A stretch of 54,288 bases of DNA from Bacteriovoracaceae bacterium (GTDB lineage Bacteria; Bdellovibrionota; Bacteriovoracia; Bacteriovoracales; Bacteriovoracaceae): contig JBFGZE010000012.1 in the NCBI GenBank assembly GCA_041586955.1, forward strand, positions 1 through 54,288, written 5' to 3'. Every line of letters starts with the position of its first letter. Positions within the stretch are counted from its first letter, which is position 1. The notes beneath the pieces were generated by a model. That model was not told the origin of the DNA. It saw only the letters and a program-made list of their open reading frames with translations, and made no database searches. The position numbers were made by a program, and so were the translations under genes. Below, piece by piece: positions 38,686 through 47,581 of the stretch.

Positions 38686-39239
38686 AAGCTCTTCCCCTAG
38701 CTATTTTAATGAGTCTATTCTTATGCCCGCAAATTGCTCTAGCAAAAGATAAGAAAGAGACCAATGAGAAAAAATCTTATTCTCAAGAAGAGTTTGAGGA
38801 AGAGGTTCATAAAAGAGTGAAGGCAAAGATTCTGGCATTGCGCGGGAATAAATTAGTGGATTTTTCCAAAGGTCTTTTAGAAAAAGAAAGAGTATTGCGC
38901 ATTAAGGATCTTGATGTCGGAAATAGAGAAAAGGCCTTAAGTTTACAGGCCAGTAGTTTTGAAAAGAGACTAAAAGAGTTTCAAGAGAGTCAGAGTAATT
39001 TGATAGCCTGTATTGATCAACAGGATAAACAAAAAAAAGATCGTGTCACTCATATGGTAGATGTTATCAGTGGTATGAAGCCCGCAAAAGCGGCAGAGGT
39101 CTTAAGCGTGCAGGATTCCGAAATATCAGTCCAAATTTTAAGTATGCTTGAGGCGGTAAAGGTCTCAAAGATATTTAATCTAATGGATAAGGAAATATCT
39201 GCCCGGCTTCAAAAACAATACCTTTTAATGAAAAAATAG
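38682..39239 (+). CDS. MotE/FlbB-like (MgtE_N domain) flagellar protein
   Basis: Signal peptide, coiled coil, MKPAKAAEVL..., KIFNLMD; position between fliJ and fliK. Confidence 0.75.
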   Translation: MKALPLAILMSLFLCPQIALAKDKKETNEKKSYSQEEFEEEVHKRVKAKILALRGNKLVDFSKGLLEKERVLRIKDLDVGNREKALSLQASSFEKRLKEFQESQSNLIACIDQQDKQKKDRVTHMVDVISGMKPAKAAEVLSVQDSEISVQILSMLEAVKVSKIFNLMDKEISARLQKQYLLMKK

Positions 39240-39264
39240 ATATGCGATGCGTTAATAGGAGCTT

Positions 39265-40392
39265 ATGAACAATATAATTCTTGATCCCACATTGACTACC
39301 CAAGGAGCTGGGCTACAGGTTGGTGTTGCTGGTAAAGCGGCAATAACTCCTGAGATGAATTCAGAATTCTTGGCGCTTGTCAGTCAGGCAGCAGAGTCGG
39401 GTAACCCTGAATTATTGAAGCTTGCTTTGGCCGATAAAGCTGGAAAGGGGTCAAAGGGCGAGGTGAATGATTTATTGAGTCAGGCGGAACCTCAAATGGC
39501 AAAGAACCCTAAAGCTTTAAAGGCGACTATTGCCAACCTTAAAGATAATCCCCTTATTCCACTAGGGCCTAATTTATCAAAAGAAGAACAAGCAAAGATC
39601 GCTTCATTTGGTGATGATTTTGTAGGCCAGAAAAATACTCTCAAAGCGTTGAAGGGAAAAAAGGATCAGAATGAGCAAAGTTCTCCCTTAAGTTTACTTA
39701 AATCAAAAATTTCACGGCAAAAAATTAATGGTTATAAAAGTATTCAAAAATCATCAGAAACGAATTTTATTCAGCCTAAGGGACCAAGTAAGCCAGAATC
39801 AATGATTGAGGAACAGGGCCTAAAGATTGGCATGTCTGATATGAATCTTGGCCAAGCAGTTGCGCAAGACGCTGGTAGTGATAATAATACTAGTATTACG
39901 CCAAAGACCAAAGTTTTAGATATTTCTCAAATAAGTTCATCTAATAAAACTCAGATCATTGAAAAAATTAGTCAATATCTCGATCAGCAGCAATTAGAGA
40001 CTGCTGGAAATGTTGATGTCATTGTAAAGCATGATGATCTCGGTATGTTTAAAATTCAAGCTTCCAGAGGCAAAGGTGCTGAGGCCGTGAATTTAGAAAT
40101 CGTAACCACTAGTGATGAGGGACGCGCCTTTTTTCAGCAAAATGAAGGCCAATTAATTAAATCAATCACAGATTCTGGTGTAAAATTAAATGATGTTCGT
40201 TTAAGTAATTCAAGTGAGTTTAATTTATCCCAAGGGGATAAGAATAATCAACAAGACCAAAGTCTATCCGATAAAGGTGGCCAAGGTCATAAGGAGCAAG
40301 GCTTTGGTCAGCAAAAACATTCTCATCAGGGCGATCGCGAGCGTAGAAGAGAATTATGGCAAAGCTTTAAGGAATTTTCCCAAGCTGCTTAA
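39265..40392 (+). CDS. fliK: Flagellar hook-length control protein FliK
   Basis: Low-complexity body, C-terminal domain (HDDLG..I...) and Q-rich tail; position before flgD. Confidence 0.7.
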   Translation: MNNIILDPTLTTQGAGLQVGVAGKAAITPEMNSEFLALVSQAAESGNPELLKLALADKAGKGSKGEVNDLLSQAEPQMAKNPKALKATIANLKDNPLIPLGPNLSKEEQAKIASFGDDFVGQKNTLKALKGKKDQNEQSSPLSLLKSKISRQKINGYKSIQKSSETNFIQPKGPSKPESMIEEQGLKIGMSDMNLGQAVAQDAGSDNNTSITPKTKVLDISQISSSNKTQIIEKISQYLDQQQLETAGNVDVIVKHDDLGMFKIQASRGKGAEAVNLEIVTTSDEGRAFFQQNEGQLIKSITDSGVKLNDVRLSNSSEFNLSQGDKNNQQDQSLSDKGGQGHKEQGFGQQKHSHQGDRERRRELWQSFKEFSQAA

Positions 40393-40402
40393 GAGAGGTT
40401 AA

Positions 40403-41272
40403 ATGCCTAGTATAGGAAAACCTGGACAGGGGAGACCCAATCAATTTTCCAAAATAAAGATGGCGCAGAAACAGTCGTCAACTCTTGGAAAATCAGCAAA
40501 ACCGGAGTCGGTAGGTGATGAGCTGAATCGCCTTACTGGGCTTAAAACGTCGAGCAAGAAGTTTGTTGATCAAAAAAAGCACAATCAAATGGGGAAAGAT
40601 GGGTTTCTTAAATTATTAACTCATCAATTAAAAAATCAAGATCCCTTCAAGCCTCAAGATCAAAAGCAATTTGCGTCCGAATTGGCGCAATTTTCTCAAT
40701 TAGAGCAATTATCTAATGTGAATAATAAGCTGGAGAACCTTAATCGCAATGGCCCTGGGCAAAGTAAGTTTCACGGCGCTAGCTTTCTTGGTAAAGAGAT
40801 TATTACTAATGGTACTTCAGTAAAGGTCAGTGAGGCCGGTGAAAAAATTGATTTACCTTTTCATTTAGCAAAACCAGCGGCCAAGGCCATTGTCCGCGTT
40901 TATGATAATAAGAATCAATTAATCAAGCAGATGAATTTAGATACCCGCGGTGCTGGTCAGCAATCAGTTACTTGGAATGGTAGTCAAGAAGATGGATTTG
41001 AAGCGGCAAAAGGTATTTATCGTTTTGAGGTACGAGCTTGGGATGAAAACTTTAACGAGTTTAAAGCAGAAACTAAAGCGCGTGGTTTGGTGACAAGTGT
41101 GTCTTTTGAAAATGGTGAAACTATTCTTGAAGTGGATGGGAAGAAAAAAGTATTTTTAAGAGATGTTGACTCTTTTAAATTGCCGCAGGAGCATAAAAGT
41201 CCAGTTAGTCATGAGCAGTTGCAAAAGACCGCAAATGACGCATATAATAAAAACCAAGAGGTTTTAAACTAG
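40403..41272 (+). CDS. flgD: Flagellar hook capping protein FlgD
   Basis: FLKLLTHQLKNQDP, LAQFSQLEQ, Ig-like WNG...GIYRF. Confidence 0.95.
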   Translation: MPSIGKPGQGRPNQFSKIKMAQKQSSTLGKSAKPESVGDELNRLTGLKTSSKKFVDQKKHNQMGKDGFLKLLTHQLKNQDPFKPQDQKQFASELAQFSQLEQLSNVNNKLENLNRNGPGQSKFHGASFLGKEIITNGTSVKVSEAGEKIDLPFHLAKPAAKAIVRVYDNKNQLIKQMNLDTRGAGQQSVTWNGSQEDGFEAAKGIYRFEVRAWDENFNEFKAETKARGLVTSVSFENGETILEVDGKKKVFLRDVDSFKLPQEHKSPVSHEQLQKTANDAYNKNQEVLN

Positions 41273-41273
41273 A

Positions 41274-41690
41274 ATGGGTAAAGACGGAAAAGTTAATAAT
41301 TTATTGATCCCCAACGTATCGAAGCTACCAAAGCATCGCAATGTTGATGCATCAAAAAAATTAACTGATCCTACCTTGCGTGATGAATTTAAGAATCTTT
41401 TAAAAGAGGAAGTTGGTGAGGCAAAAGCTAAGCATGGCATCAACCTCTCCATCCACGCAGCGAGACGTCTTAAAGAGAGAAATTTAAGTCTTAATACTGA
41501 AGATTTTTTTAAATTAAAGAGTGGAATAGATAAGTTAAAAACGAAAGGGGGACAGGATTCGTTAATTATAACAGATAAAGCGGCCTATATCGTCGACGTG
41601 AATAATAATACAATTGTTACCGCGATGGATAAGAATGATATGGCCGATAATGTGTTTACAAAAATAGATTCAACATTAGTTTTAAATTAA
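41274..41690 (+). CDS. Flagellar operon protein, TIGR02530/Flagellar_put family
   Basis: SIHAARRLKER, TIVTAMD, NVFTKIDS; position between flgD and flgE. Confidence 0.85.
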   Translation: MGKDGKVNNLLIPNVSKLPKHRNVDASKKLTDPTLRDEFKNLLKEEVGEAKAKHGINLSIHAARRLKERNLSLNTEDFFKLKSGIDKLKTKGGQDSLIITDKAAYIVDVNNNTIVTAMDKNDMADNVFTKIDSTLVLN

Positions 41691-41701
41691 CTTTTGATAA
41701 A

Positions 41702-41749
41702 TGGCCGGTCCTTTCCGGAGGCCAATTCTAAATCCGTCGTTATTTAGAA
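41702..41749 (+). promoter_or_regulatory. Two-hairpin element in the flgE leader (candidate cis-regulatory RNA)
   Basis: TGGCC-GG-TCC-TTTCC-GGA-GGCCA followed by TTCTAAAT-N8-ATTTAGAA; no U tract. Confidence 0.5.
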
Positions 41750-41779
41750 AATCAAAAGCGAGGTCTAGGAGGGACGTCA

Positions 41780-43060
41780 ATGGGTATTTTACGATCTTTT
41801 AATATCGGTGTAACTGGTCTATCTGCAGTTGGCCAGGGGATGGGTGTTGTTTCTGACAATATCGCGAACGCTGGGACAATTGGCTATAAATCTTCTCGTG
41901 CAGAATTTCAGGACGTTTTAGCAACCTCGCTCAAAGGAATTGACGGTGGTGATCAATTTGGTGCTGGTACAAAACTTGCGCATATTAAGCAGATTATGTC
42001 TCAAGGTGATGTGGCGCGGACGGATCAAATAACTGATTTGGCGATCAATGGTGATGGATTTTTTAAGGTGAAAGCACCATTTGGCCTAGGTTATACTCGT
42101 GACGGCTCTTTTCATTTCAACAAAACCGCCGAACTCGTGACCTCTGATGGCTATAATGTCCTCGGTTTCGCTACAGATGAAAATGGAAAAGTAACGAATA
42201 AGGAAGAGCCTATTAAAATAAAAAATACGACCATTCCAGCTGAGGGCACGACAGAAGTGGATATGCATTTAAATCTCGACTCTCGTGCAGAGATTATGGA
42301 GTTTAGGCCAGAAGATCCTGATAAAACTTCTAATTTTAATCACACAATAACTGTCTACGATAATGTTGGAACGGCCCGTTTATTAAATGTTTATTATAAT
42401 AAATCGGCGAATAATACTTGGAATTATCATGTGATGGTAAATGGTAAAGATGTTGAAGGTGGAGAGCAAGGAAAGCTTTACGAGCAGGCCAGTGGTACGA
42501 TTAGATTTTCAAATGAAGGTATTTTACAAGAAGAAACGGAAAGCTCTAATGGCCTTAACTTTAATAAAGGGGCGAAACCAGATCAAAGGATCAAATTTAA
42601 CTTTGGTACAAGTTTATCGGAAAAAGGTGATGGTAACGACGCTACTACGCAGTTTGGGTCACCATCTACAATTGCTCGCCACGATGCGGATGGGCATAGT
42701 GCTGCTACCCTAGCGTCTCTTTCCTTTAGTGATGATGGTATTTTAACAGCAGTTTATGATAACGGTCATAGTAAGGATCTTGGCCAGGTTGCTGTTGCTA
42801 AATTTGAAAATAATGAAGGCCTTTTTAAAATGGGGAAAAACCTCTATAAAGAATCGCGTAAATCGGGGCAGCCCACTATGGGGAAACCACAAGAGGGCGG
42901 ACGCGGTGAAGTTCTTTCTAAATCAATTGAATTATCAAATGTTGATATTGCCAATGAGTTCGTTAGTTTAATGACCGCACAACGAAACTTTCAGGCCAAT
43001 GCTAAGACACTGACAACAGCTGATCAGATGTTACAAGATGTTCTTGGCATTAAACGGTAA
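41780..43060 (+). CDS. flgE: Flagellar hook protein FlgE
   Basis: SDNIANAGTIGYK, TDLAINGDGFF, YTRDGSF, ELSNVDIANEF, QRNFQAN. Confidence 0.97.
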   Translation: MGILRSFNIGVTGLSAVGQGMGVVSDNIANAGTIGYKSSRAEFQDVLATSLKGIDGGDQFGAGTKLAHIKQIMSQGDVARTDQITDLAINGDGFFKVKAPFGLGYTRDGSFHFNKTAELVTSDGYNVLGFATDENGKVTNKEEPIKIKNTTIPAEGTTEVDMHLNLDSRAEIMEFRPEDPDKTSNFNHTITVYDNVGTARLLNVYYNKSANNTWNYHVMVNGKDVEGGEQGKLYEQASGTIRFSNEGILQEETESSNGLNFNKGAKPDQRIKFNFGTSLSEKGDGNDATTQFGSPSTIARHDADGHSAATLASLSFSDDGILTAVYDNGHSKDLGQVAVAKFENNEGLFKMGKNLYKESRKSGQPTMGKPQEGGRGEVLSKSIELSNVDIANEFVSLMTAQRNFQANAKTLTTADQMLQDVLGIKR

Positions 43061-43085
43061 TTTGGGAATTATTAGCTAGATGAAT

Positions 43086-43114
43086 GGCCTCCCGACTGCA
43101 AACGGGAGGCCTTT
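43086..43114 (+). terminator. Terminator-like hairpin after flgE
   Basis: GGCCTCCCG-N8-CGGGAGGCC followed by TTT. Confidence 0.7.
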
Positions 43115-43323
43115 ATGACCTTGTAAACCAATTTGTTATCAAAAATTTTCATAACCATTACACGCGCTCCATTCCAATCGAATAATAGAGAATAAAAAAG
43201 ATGTCTTTTTCGATGTATTCGATGTCAAAACATGATGTTTGTCATGGTGAATTTTTGTTTGACTTGTCAAACTTGCGCCTATAAATTTCCCAAAAAACGA
43301 ACGAGTCGAAAGGAGATTTAATT

Positions 43324-44127
43324 ATGAACATGTTTATGACATTATTTTTTTTATTAACTTCAACAGTACAGGCCACTAGTTGGGAACAGGGCCATCAACT
43401 TATTAAGTCATTAAGAGAGTCACCGCTGGGACTAGAGCTTGGCCTTGATAATCAATTAACTAAAGATCACAAAAATTCTGTTAATGGCCTTAGTCAAGAA
43501 ATCGCTCTTAATTTTAATTATGAATTAGTAAATGGCCAAGAGATTGCCCTGAATATGGAATCCTCTTATGAAAAAATATCGGGAGAAAAAGGAAGTGGCA
43601 ATTTTGAAATGGTCGAAATTGGTTATGGATCAGCTATTGTCTTGCCTATGATTAATAAAAAAATAAGTACCGGCCTTTTTTATCAATATCCCCTTAATCG
43701 CCAAACCAGAGAAGAAGATAAGCAAAATGGATCAATTTCTCTTGAGCTTGGAAGTAAGTTTAAATTGCGCCCCCAGTTATTTTTAAGTGGGAAAATACAA
43801 CTTTCGCAATATTTAAATACCTCAGGTCATGATGATATCACCGCCAGAGAAGTGGAATTTAAGCTTAGTCCAAAATATAGTTTTTCAGATGCTCTTTCTA
43901 TGAAATTACCCATAAAATCATATTTTAAATTTAATAAAAAAAGTCAAGGTGATGGTTTTAATAAAATAAAAATGGTGCCGACAATTAGTCATGAATTTAA
44001 AAGTGGTTTTGGCCTAGAACTCTACGCAGAGCTCGTGCCCTTTAAGTCTTTTGACGGTGAGTTAATGGCGGATGACTATCTTAATAAAGCTACCTATGGC
44101 GTGTCTTTGGCCTACGAATTATTTTAA
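43324..44127 (+). CDS. Putative outer-membrane beta-barrel protein
   Basis: AGGAG RBS, signal peptide, alternating amphipathic strands, C-terminal YGVSLAYELF. Confidence 0.7.
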   Translation: MNMFMTLFFLLTSTVQATSWEQGHQLIKSLRESPLGLELGLDNQLTKDHKNSVNGLSQEIALNFNYELVNGQEIALNMESSYEKISGEKGSGNFEMVEIGYGSAIVLPMINKKISTGLFYQYPLNRQTREEDKQNGSISLELGSKFKLRPQLFLSGKIQLSQYLNTSGHDDITAREVEFKLSPKYSFSDALSMKLPIKSYFKFNKKSQGDGFNKIKMVPTISHEFKSGFGLELYAELVPFKSFDGELMADDYLNKATYGVSLAYELF

Positions 44128-44151
44128 GTCTCTTTAATGGAACCTCTTTTT

Positions 44152-44220
44152 TGGCGGGAGGATTTTGTCATAATTTTGCCCGCCATTTCTATTTGCCAAA
44201 GGTGTGAGAGCACCTTTGGC
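44152..44220. terminator. Paired hairpins between convergent genes
   Basis: TGGCGGG...CCCGCCA followed by TTTCTATTT, then GCCAAAGGTG-TGAGAG-CACCTTTGGC. Confidence 0.6.
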
Positions 44221-44280
44221 CTGATTAGTTAAAGTGAAAAGAAGTGAGTTTATAATGATATAGAGTGATTGAGTACTATA

Positions 44281-44520
44281 CTACTTATCCTGGCCGTCTT
44301 GGCCGATGGCCTCAACTGGGCAGGCCGCCATGGCCTCCAAGCAGTTTTCAAATTCTTTTTCATTCTCTGGCTGCCTAAAAACAAAAGCATGGCCATCGGT
44401 ATCGTTCATTTGAAAGAAGTTGGGAGCTTCTGCGACGCAGGCATCGCAGGCAATACATTGATCATCGACATAGAAAGGCCCCAGGATATTCTGAGGCCAT
44501 TTGGCTTGCTTATCGGCCAT
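44281..44520 (-). CDS. Ferredoxin, single [4Fe-4S]
   Basis: CIACDAC ... CPVEAI. Confidence 0.92.
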   Translation of the reverse strand: MADKQAKWPQNILGPFYVDDQCIACDACVAEAPNFFQMNDTDGHAFVFRQPENEKEFENCLEAMAACPVEAIGQDGQDK

Positions 44521-44525
44521 AGGGA

Positions 44526-46022
44526 TTATTCCAAAAAGCTGGTGTTGTAAATTTTAAGCGGGTATTTGTCTTCCATTTCTTTAAGTATCGATTCATTTAA
44601 CTTTTTAGATAGGGCCATCTTTAGACTCTCTCTTTCTTTTTTAATTTGCTTATCTAGCTCTTCTGCTTTCACTGGAGCGGATTTATTATGGGCCATAACA
44701 TATTTTGTCGTTGCCGCTGAGGGGTAAGTTTTAATTTCATTTGGAGCGAGGTCAAATGTGTCTTTTATTTCGGTGTCATTTAATTGAATAGTGTTCTTAA
44801 CTCCATCAAAACGGCTTATTTTAACTTTTTGAGCAATTTGAATGGAGTATTTGTTACGAATTTTCTGAAGCTCTTTAAAATCTTTTTTAGCAAGAAGAGC
44901 AGGAACTTTATTATTGATGTCCTTATAGAGGGCATCTAATTCTTTATTCATCCCTTTCTTCATAATTTCTCGCGCTAGGCGCATTTCGTGATCAGCAATC
45001 TTGGCGGCCTCTGGTGCTTTTTTGTCTTCAAGGTAAATAAGGTGATAGCCAAAAGTGGTTTTAATGGGTTTAGAAATTGTCCCCTTTTTCATTGAAAAAA
45101 CAGTTTTATCAAACTCGGGTACCATCCGACCGCGACCAAACCAATTTAGAGCGCCACCAGTATTTTTACCGCTACGATCTTCAGTATATTTGTTGGCGAG
45201 GTCTTTAAAGTTCTTAGCTGTTGCTTTTTTGGCAATATCTTGGATCTTCTTAAGAACTTCTTTTTCATTCTTATCATCGGTCTTAAGAAGGATATGAGAG
45301 GCCTTGACTTGCTCAGGTTTATTTAATTGAGCTTTGCGTTCGTTAAAAAGAGATTCAACTCTTTTCTTATTGGCGGGAGTTGCCAAATATTTTTTTACTT
45401 CAGCAGGTGTAACCACAAGGTACTTACGCAGTCCTTCACGTGTTACCTGAACGAGGTCAGCTTCCATGGTTTGATTTTTAAATGTGAGAAGATCCTTAAT
45501 ATAGCCCTGTGAAAGAGGGAACTCGCTGAAAAGGCCTTGCATCCTTTGGAGTTTCAGGCCATCAGCAACATCTTTTTCAAAGTCAGCAGGCGAAAAACGG
45601 TTCGCGCGCAAAATGGCCTTGTATTTTTCAAGGTCAAAACGGTCATTGGTTTTAAAATAGGGGAGTTCTTTAATCTGCTCTTTAATTTGAGTTGGTGCAG
45701 GAGCGATATTTAGATCATCCGCCAATTTGGCCATCAATTTACTCTGAGCGAGGTTTTTAAGGGTTTGGTTTTTAATATTAAAATTCTTAATTTGTTCGCT
45801 GGTGAGGTCCTTACCTCCAAAGATTTGGCGGTAAAATTGAAGTTGTCTTTCATATTCTTTTTGATATTCGGCGGCCTTAATCGGAATTCCACCCACTTTT
45901 GCAATAGTGTCGGGTGTTCCGCGGAAACTTTCATATCCAGTGAACATAAAAGAGACAACGATAAGACCGATAAAGAATGTTATAAAGAATTTATTGGTCT
46001 TGCTTTGCTTGCCTTCTGCCAT
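44526..46022 (-). CDS. PpiD/SurA-like parvulin peptidyl-prolyl isomerase
   Basis: N-terminal membrane anchor, SurA_N region, ASHILL, GGALNWF..MVPEF, TTFGYHLI. Confidence 0.88.
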   Translation of the reverse strand: MAEGKQSKTNKFFITFFIGLIVVSFMFTGYESFRGTPDTIAKVGGIPIKAAEYQKEYERQLQFYRQIFGGKDLTSEQIKNFNIKNQTLKNLAQSKLMAKLADDLNIAPAPTQIKEQIKELPYFKTNDRFDLEKYKAILRANRFSPADFEKDVADGLKLQRMQGLFSEFPLSQGYIKDLLTFKNQTMEADLVQVTREGLRKYLVVTPAEVKKYLATPANKKRVESLFNERKAQLNKPEQVKASHILLKTDDKNEKEVLKKIQDIAKKATAKNFKDLANKYTEDRSGKNTGGALNWFGRGRMVPEFDKTVFSMKKGTISKPIKTTFGYHLIYLEDKKAPEAAKIADHEMRLAREIMKKGMNKELDALYKDINNKVPALLAKKDFKELQKIRNKYSIQIAQKVKISRFDGVKNTIQLNDTEIKDTFDLAPNEIKTYPSAATTKYVMAHNKSAPVKAEELDKQIKKERESLKMALSKKLNESILKEMEDKYPLKIYNTSFLE

Positions 46023-46157
46023 AATGAAACTCCCTGTTCCTTTGAGTTTTCAAACCCCAAATAAAAAGTATAAAATATCAGTAATTATTGCCGAATGCTC
46101 TTCATCCGTAAAGGATTAGGGTTACTTTAGACTCGTCGAGTCGCATACTTTCAAGGG

Positions 46158-47054
46158 GTGAAAGTGAGAATTTTAGAGGATGAAAAGAAACACCTACGAA
46201 TTATTATAAACACTGCGGTGCTTCTTGTTGCGTTGGTGAGTTTTACTAAGCAAAAAGGTGTTCTCAAATATGTCTCCCCGTTTGAAAGTGTAATGATCAG
46301 TATTTTTGCACCGGTTCAAGGCTTCGTCACGAACGTCCAAAGCTCGGTCAAGGGCTTTTTCACTCATTATTTTGCCAATATCAATGCCAGTAAAGAGAAC
46401 ATGGATATAAAAAGGAAGCTAAGTGCCCTCGAAGGAAAGATTTTTAGCTTGGATGAAATTGAAAAGGAGAATATTCGCCTTAAGAAATTATTACGTTTTG
46501 GCGAAAATACATTTACTCAAAAGATTTTAGCACAAGTGGTGGCCTGGGACTCTAATAGTGACCTTAAGGTTTTGCGAATTAATAAGGGTTCAAAAGATGG
46601 TCTACGCTTACAAGCTCCAGTTGTCACCCATAATGGTCTCGTGGGTTATATCTACCGTCTGACAGGGCATTTTGCCGATGTTTTAACTATTCTTGACCCG
46701 AACAATCGGGTTGATGGTATCCTCAAAAATTCGCGCTCCCACGGTATTATCGAAGGGTATAGTGGTGCCTTTTGTATTATGAAATATGTTTCAAGCTCTA
46801 ATGACGTGGAATTGGGTGAAGTGGTTGTCAGTTCTGGCCTTGGGAATATTTACCCCAAGGGCCTTAAAATAGGAACAGTGACTGAGATTGAGCGCCAAAG
46901 TTACGGTATCACCCAATATTTAGAAATTAAGCCAACTGTTGATTTTAATACTTTGGAAGAGGTGATTGTCCTTAATGCCAAAGATGACCATTTGAAAAAA
47001 ATTGAATGGGAAGCTTTAGAGGCGATGGATGAAGATGAGGAGACCAAGAAATGA
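46158..47054 (+). CDS. mreC: Rod shape-determining protein MreC
   Basis: ENIRLKKLL, INKGSKDG, SSGLGNIYPKGL.IG. Confidence 0.93.
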   Translation: MKVRILEDEKKHLRIIINTAVLLVALVSFTKQKGVLKYVSPFESVMISIFAPVQGFVTNVQSSVKGFFTHYFANINASKENMDIKRKLSALEGKIFSLDEIEKENIRLKKLLRFGENTFTQKILAQVVAWDSNSDLKVLRINKGSKDGLRLQAPVVTHNGLVGYIYRLTGHFADVLTILDPNNRVDGILKNSRSHGIIEGYSGAFCIMKYVSSSNDVELGEVVVSSGLGNIYPKGLKIGTVTEIERQSYGITQYLEIKPTVDFNTLEEVIVLNAKDDHLKKIEWEALEAMDEDEETKK

Positions 47055-47581
47055 GTCCTAATTTAAAATGGCTTTGGCCTCTCTTTAAAACTGTTTTTTT
47101 ATTAATTATCTTGGAGATTATTGGAACCACCTTTTTGCCAGTCATTGGTCTCTCCAATTATAAAATTCCATTCAATGTCATGGTGGTCCTTTTCCTGGGA
47201 TTTAAATCTGACTCCCCTTATCTCCCGATTTTTATTTTTGTGATCCAATATTCTCATTCTCTATTTTCCGTAGAAGGTTGGGCGATGGGAACGATTGCCG
47301 GGATAATGGTTTGTGCCATTATTCGTTTTCTTAAAGAATTATTGCATCTTTCTAGTGTGCCGATGACTATTTTATTAACACAAGTTTTTCAAACGGTATG
47401 GTTTGCAATCGTCTCAGTTCTTGTCTATAGCAAAGTTGATAACTTTTCATATCTGACGCAGAAATTTTACCGGTTCATACCAGAAAGTCTGATTATGTCC
47501 ATAATGGCACCTTTGTTCTTTATTATTCTCGAAAAGTTTTGGAGTGGTGGTGAAGAAGGACGTTTGGGAGATGAAGTTTAA
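47051..47581 (+). CDS. mreD: Rod shape-determining protein MreD
   Basis: Hydrophobic 176-aa protein between mreC and mrdA. Confidence 0.7.
   Translation: MSPNLKWLWPLFKTVFLLIILEIIGTTFLPVIGLSNYKIPFNVMVVLFLGFKSDSPYLPIFIFVIQYSHSLFSVEGWAMGTIAGIMVCAIIRFLKELLHLSSVPMTILLTQVFQTVWFAIVSVLVYSKVDNFSYLTQKFYRFIPESLIMSIMAPLFFIILEKFWSGGEEGRLGDEV

Noticed and set aside
44269..44550. 93-aa plus-strand ORF
   Set aside because: Antisense shadow of the clear ferredoxin gene.
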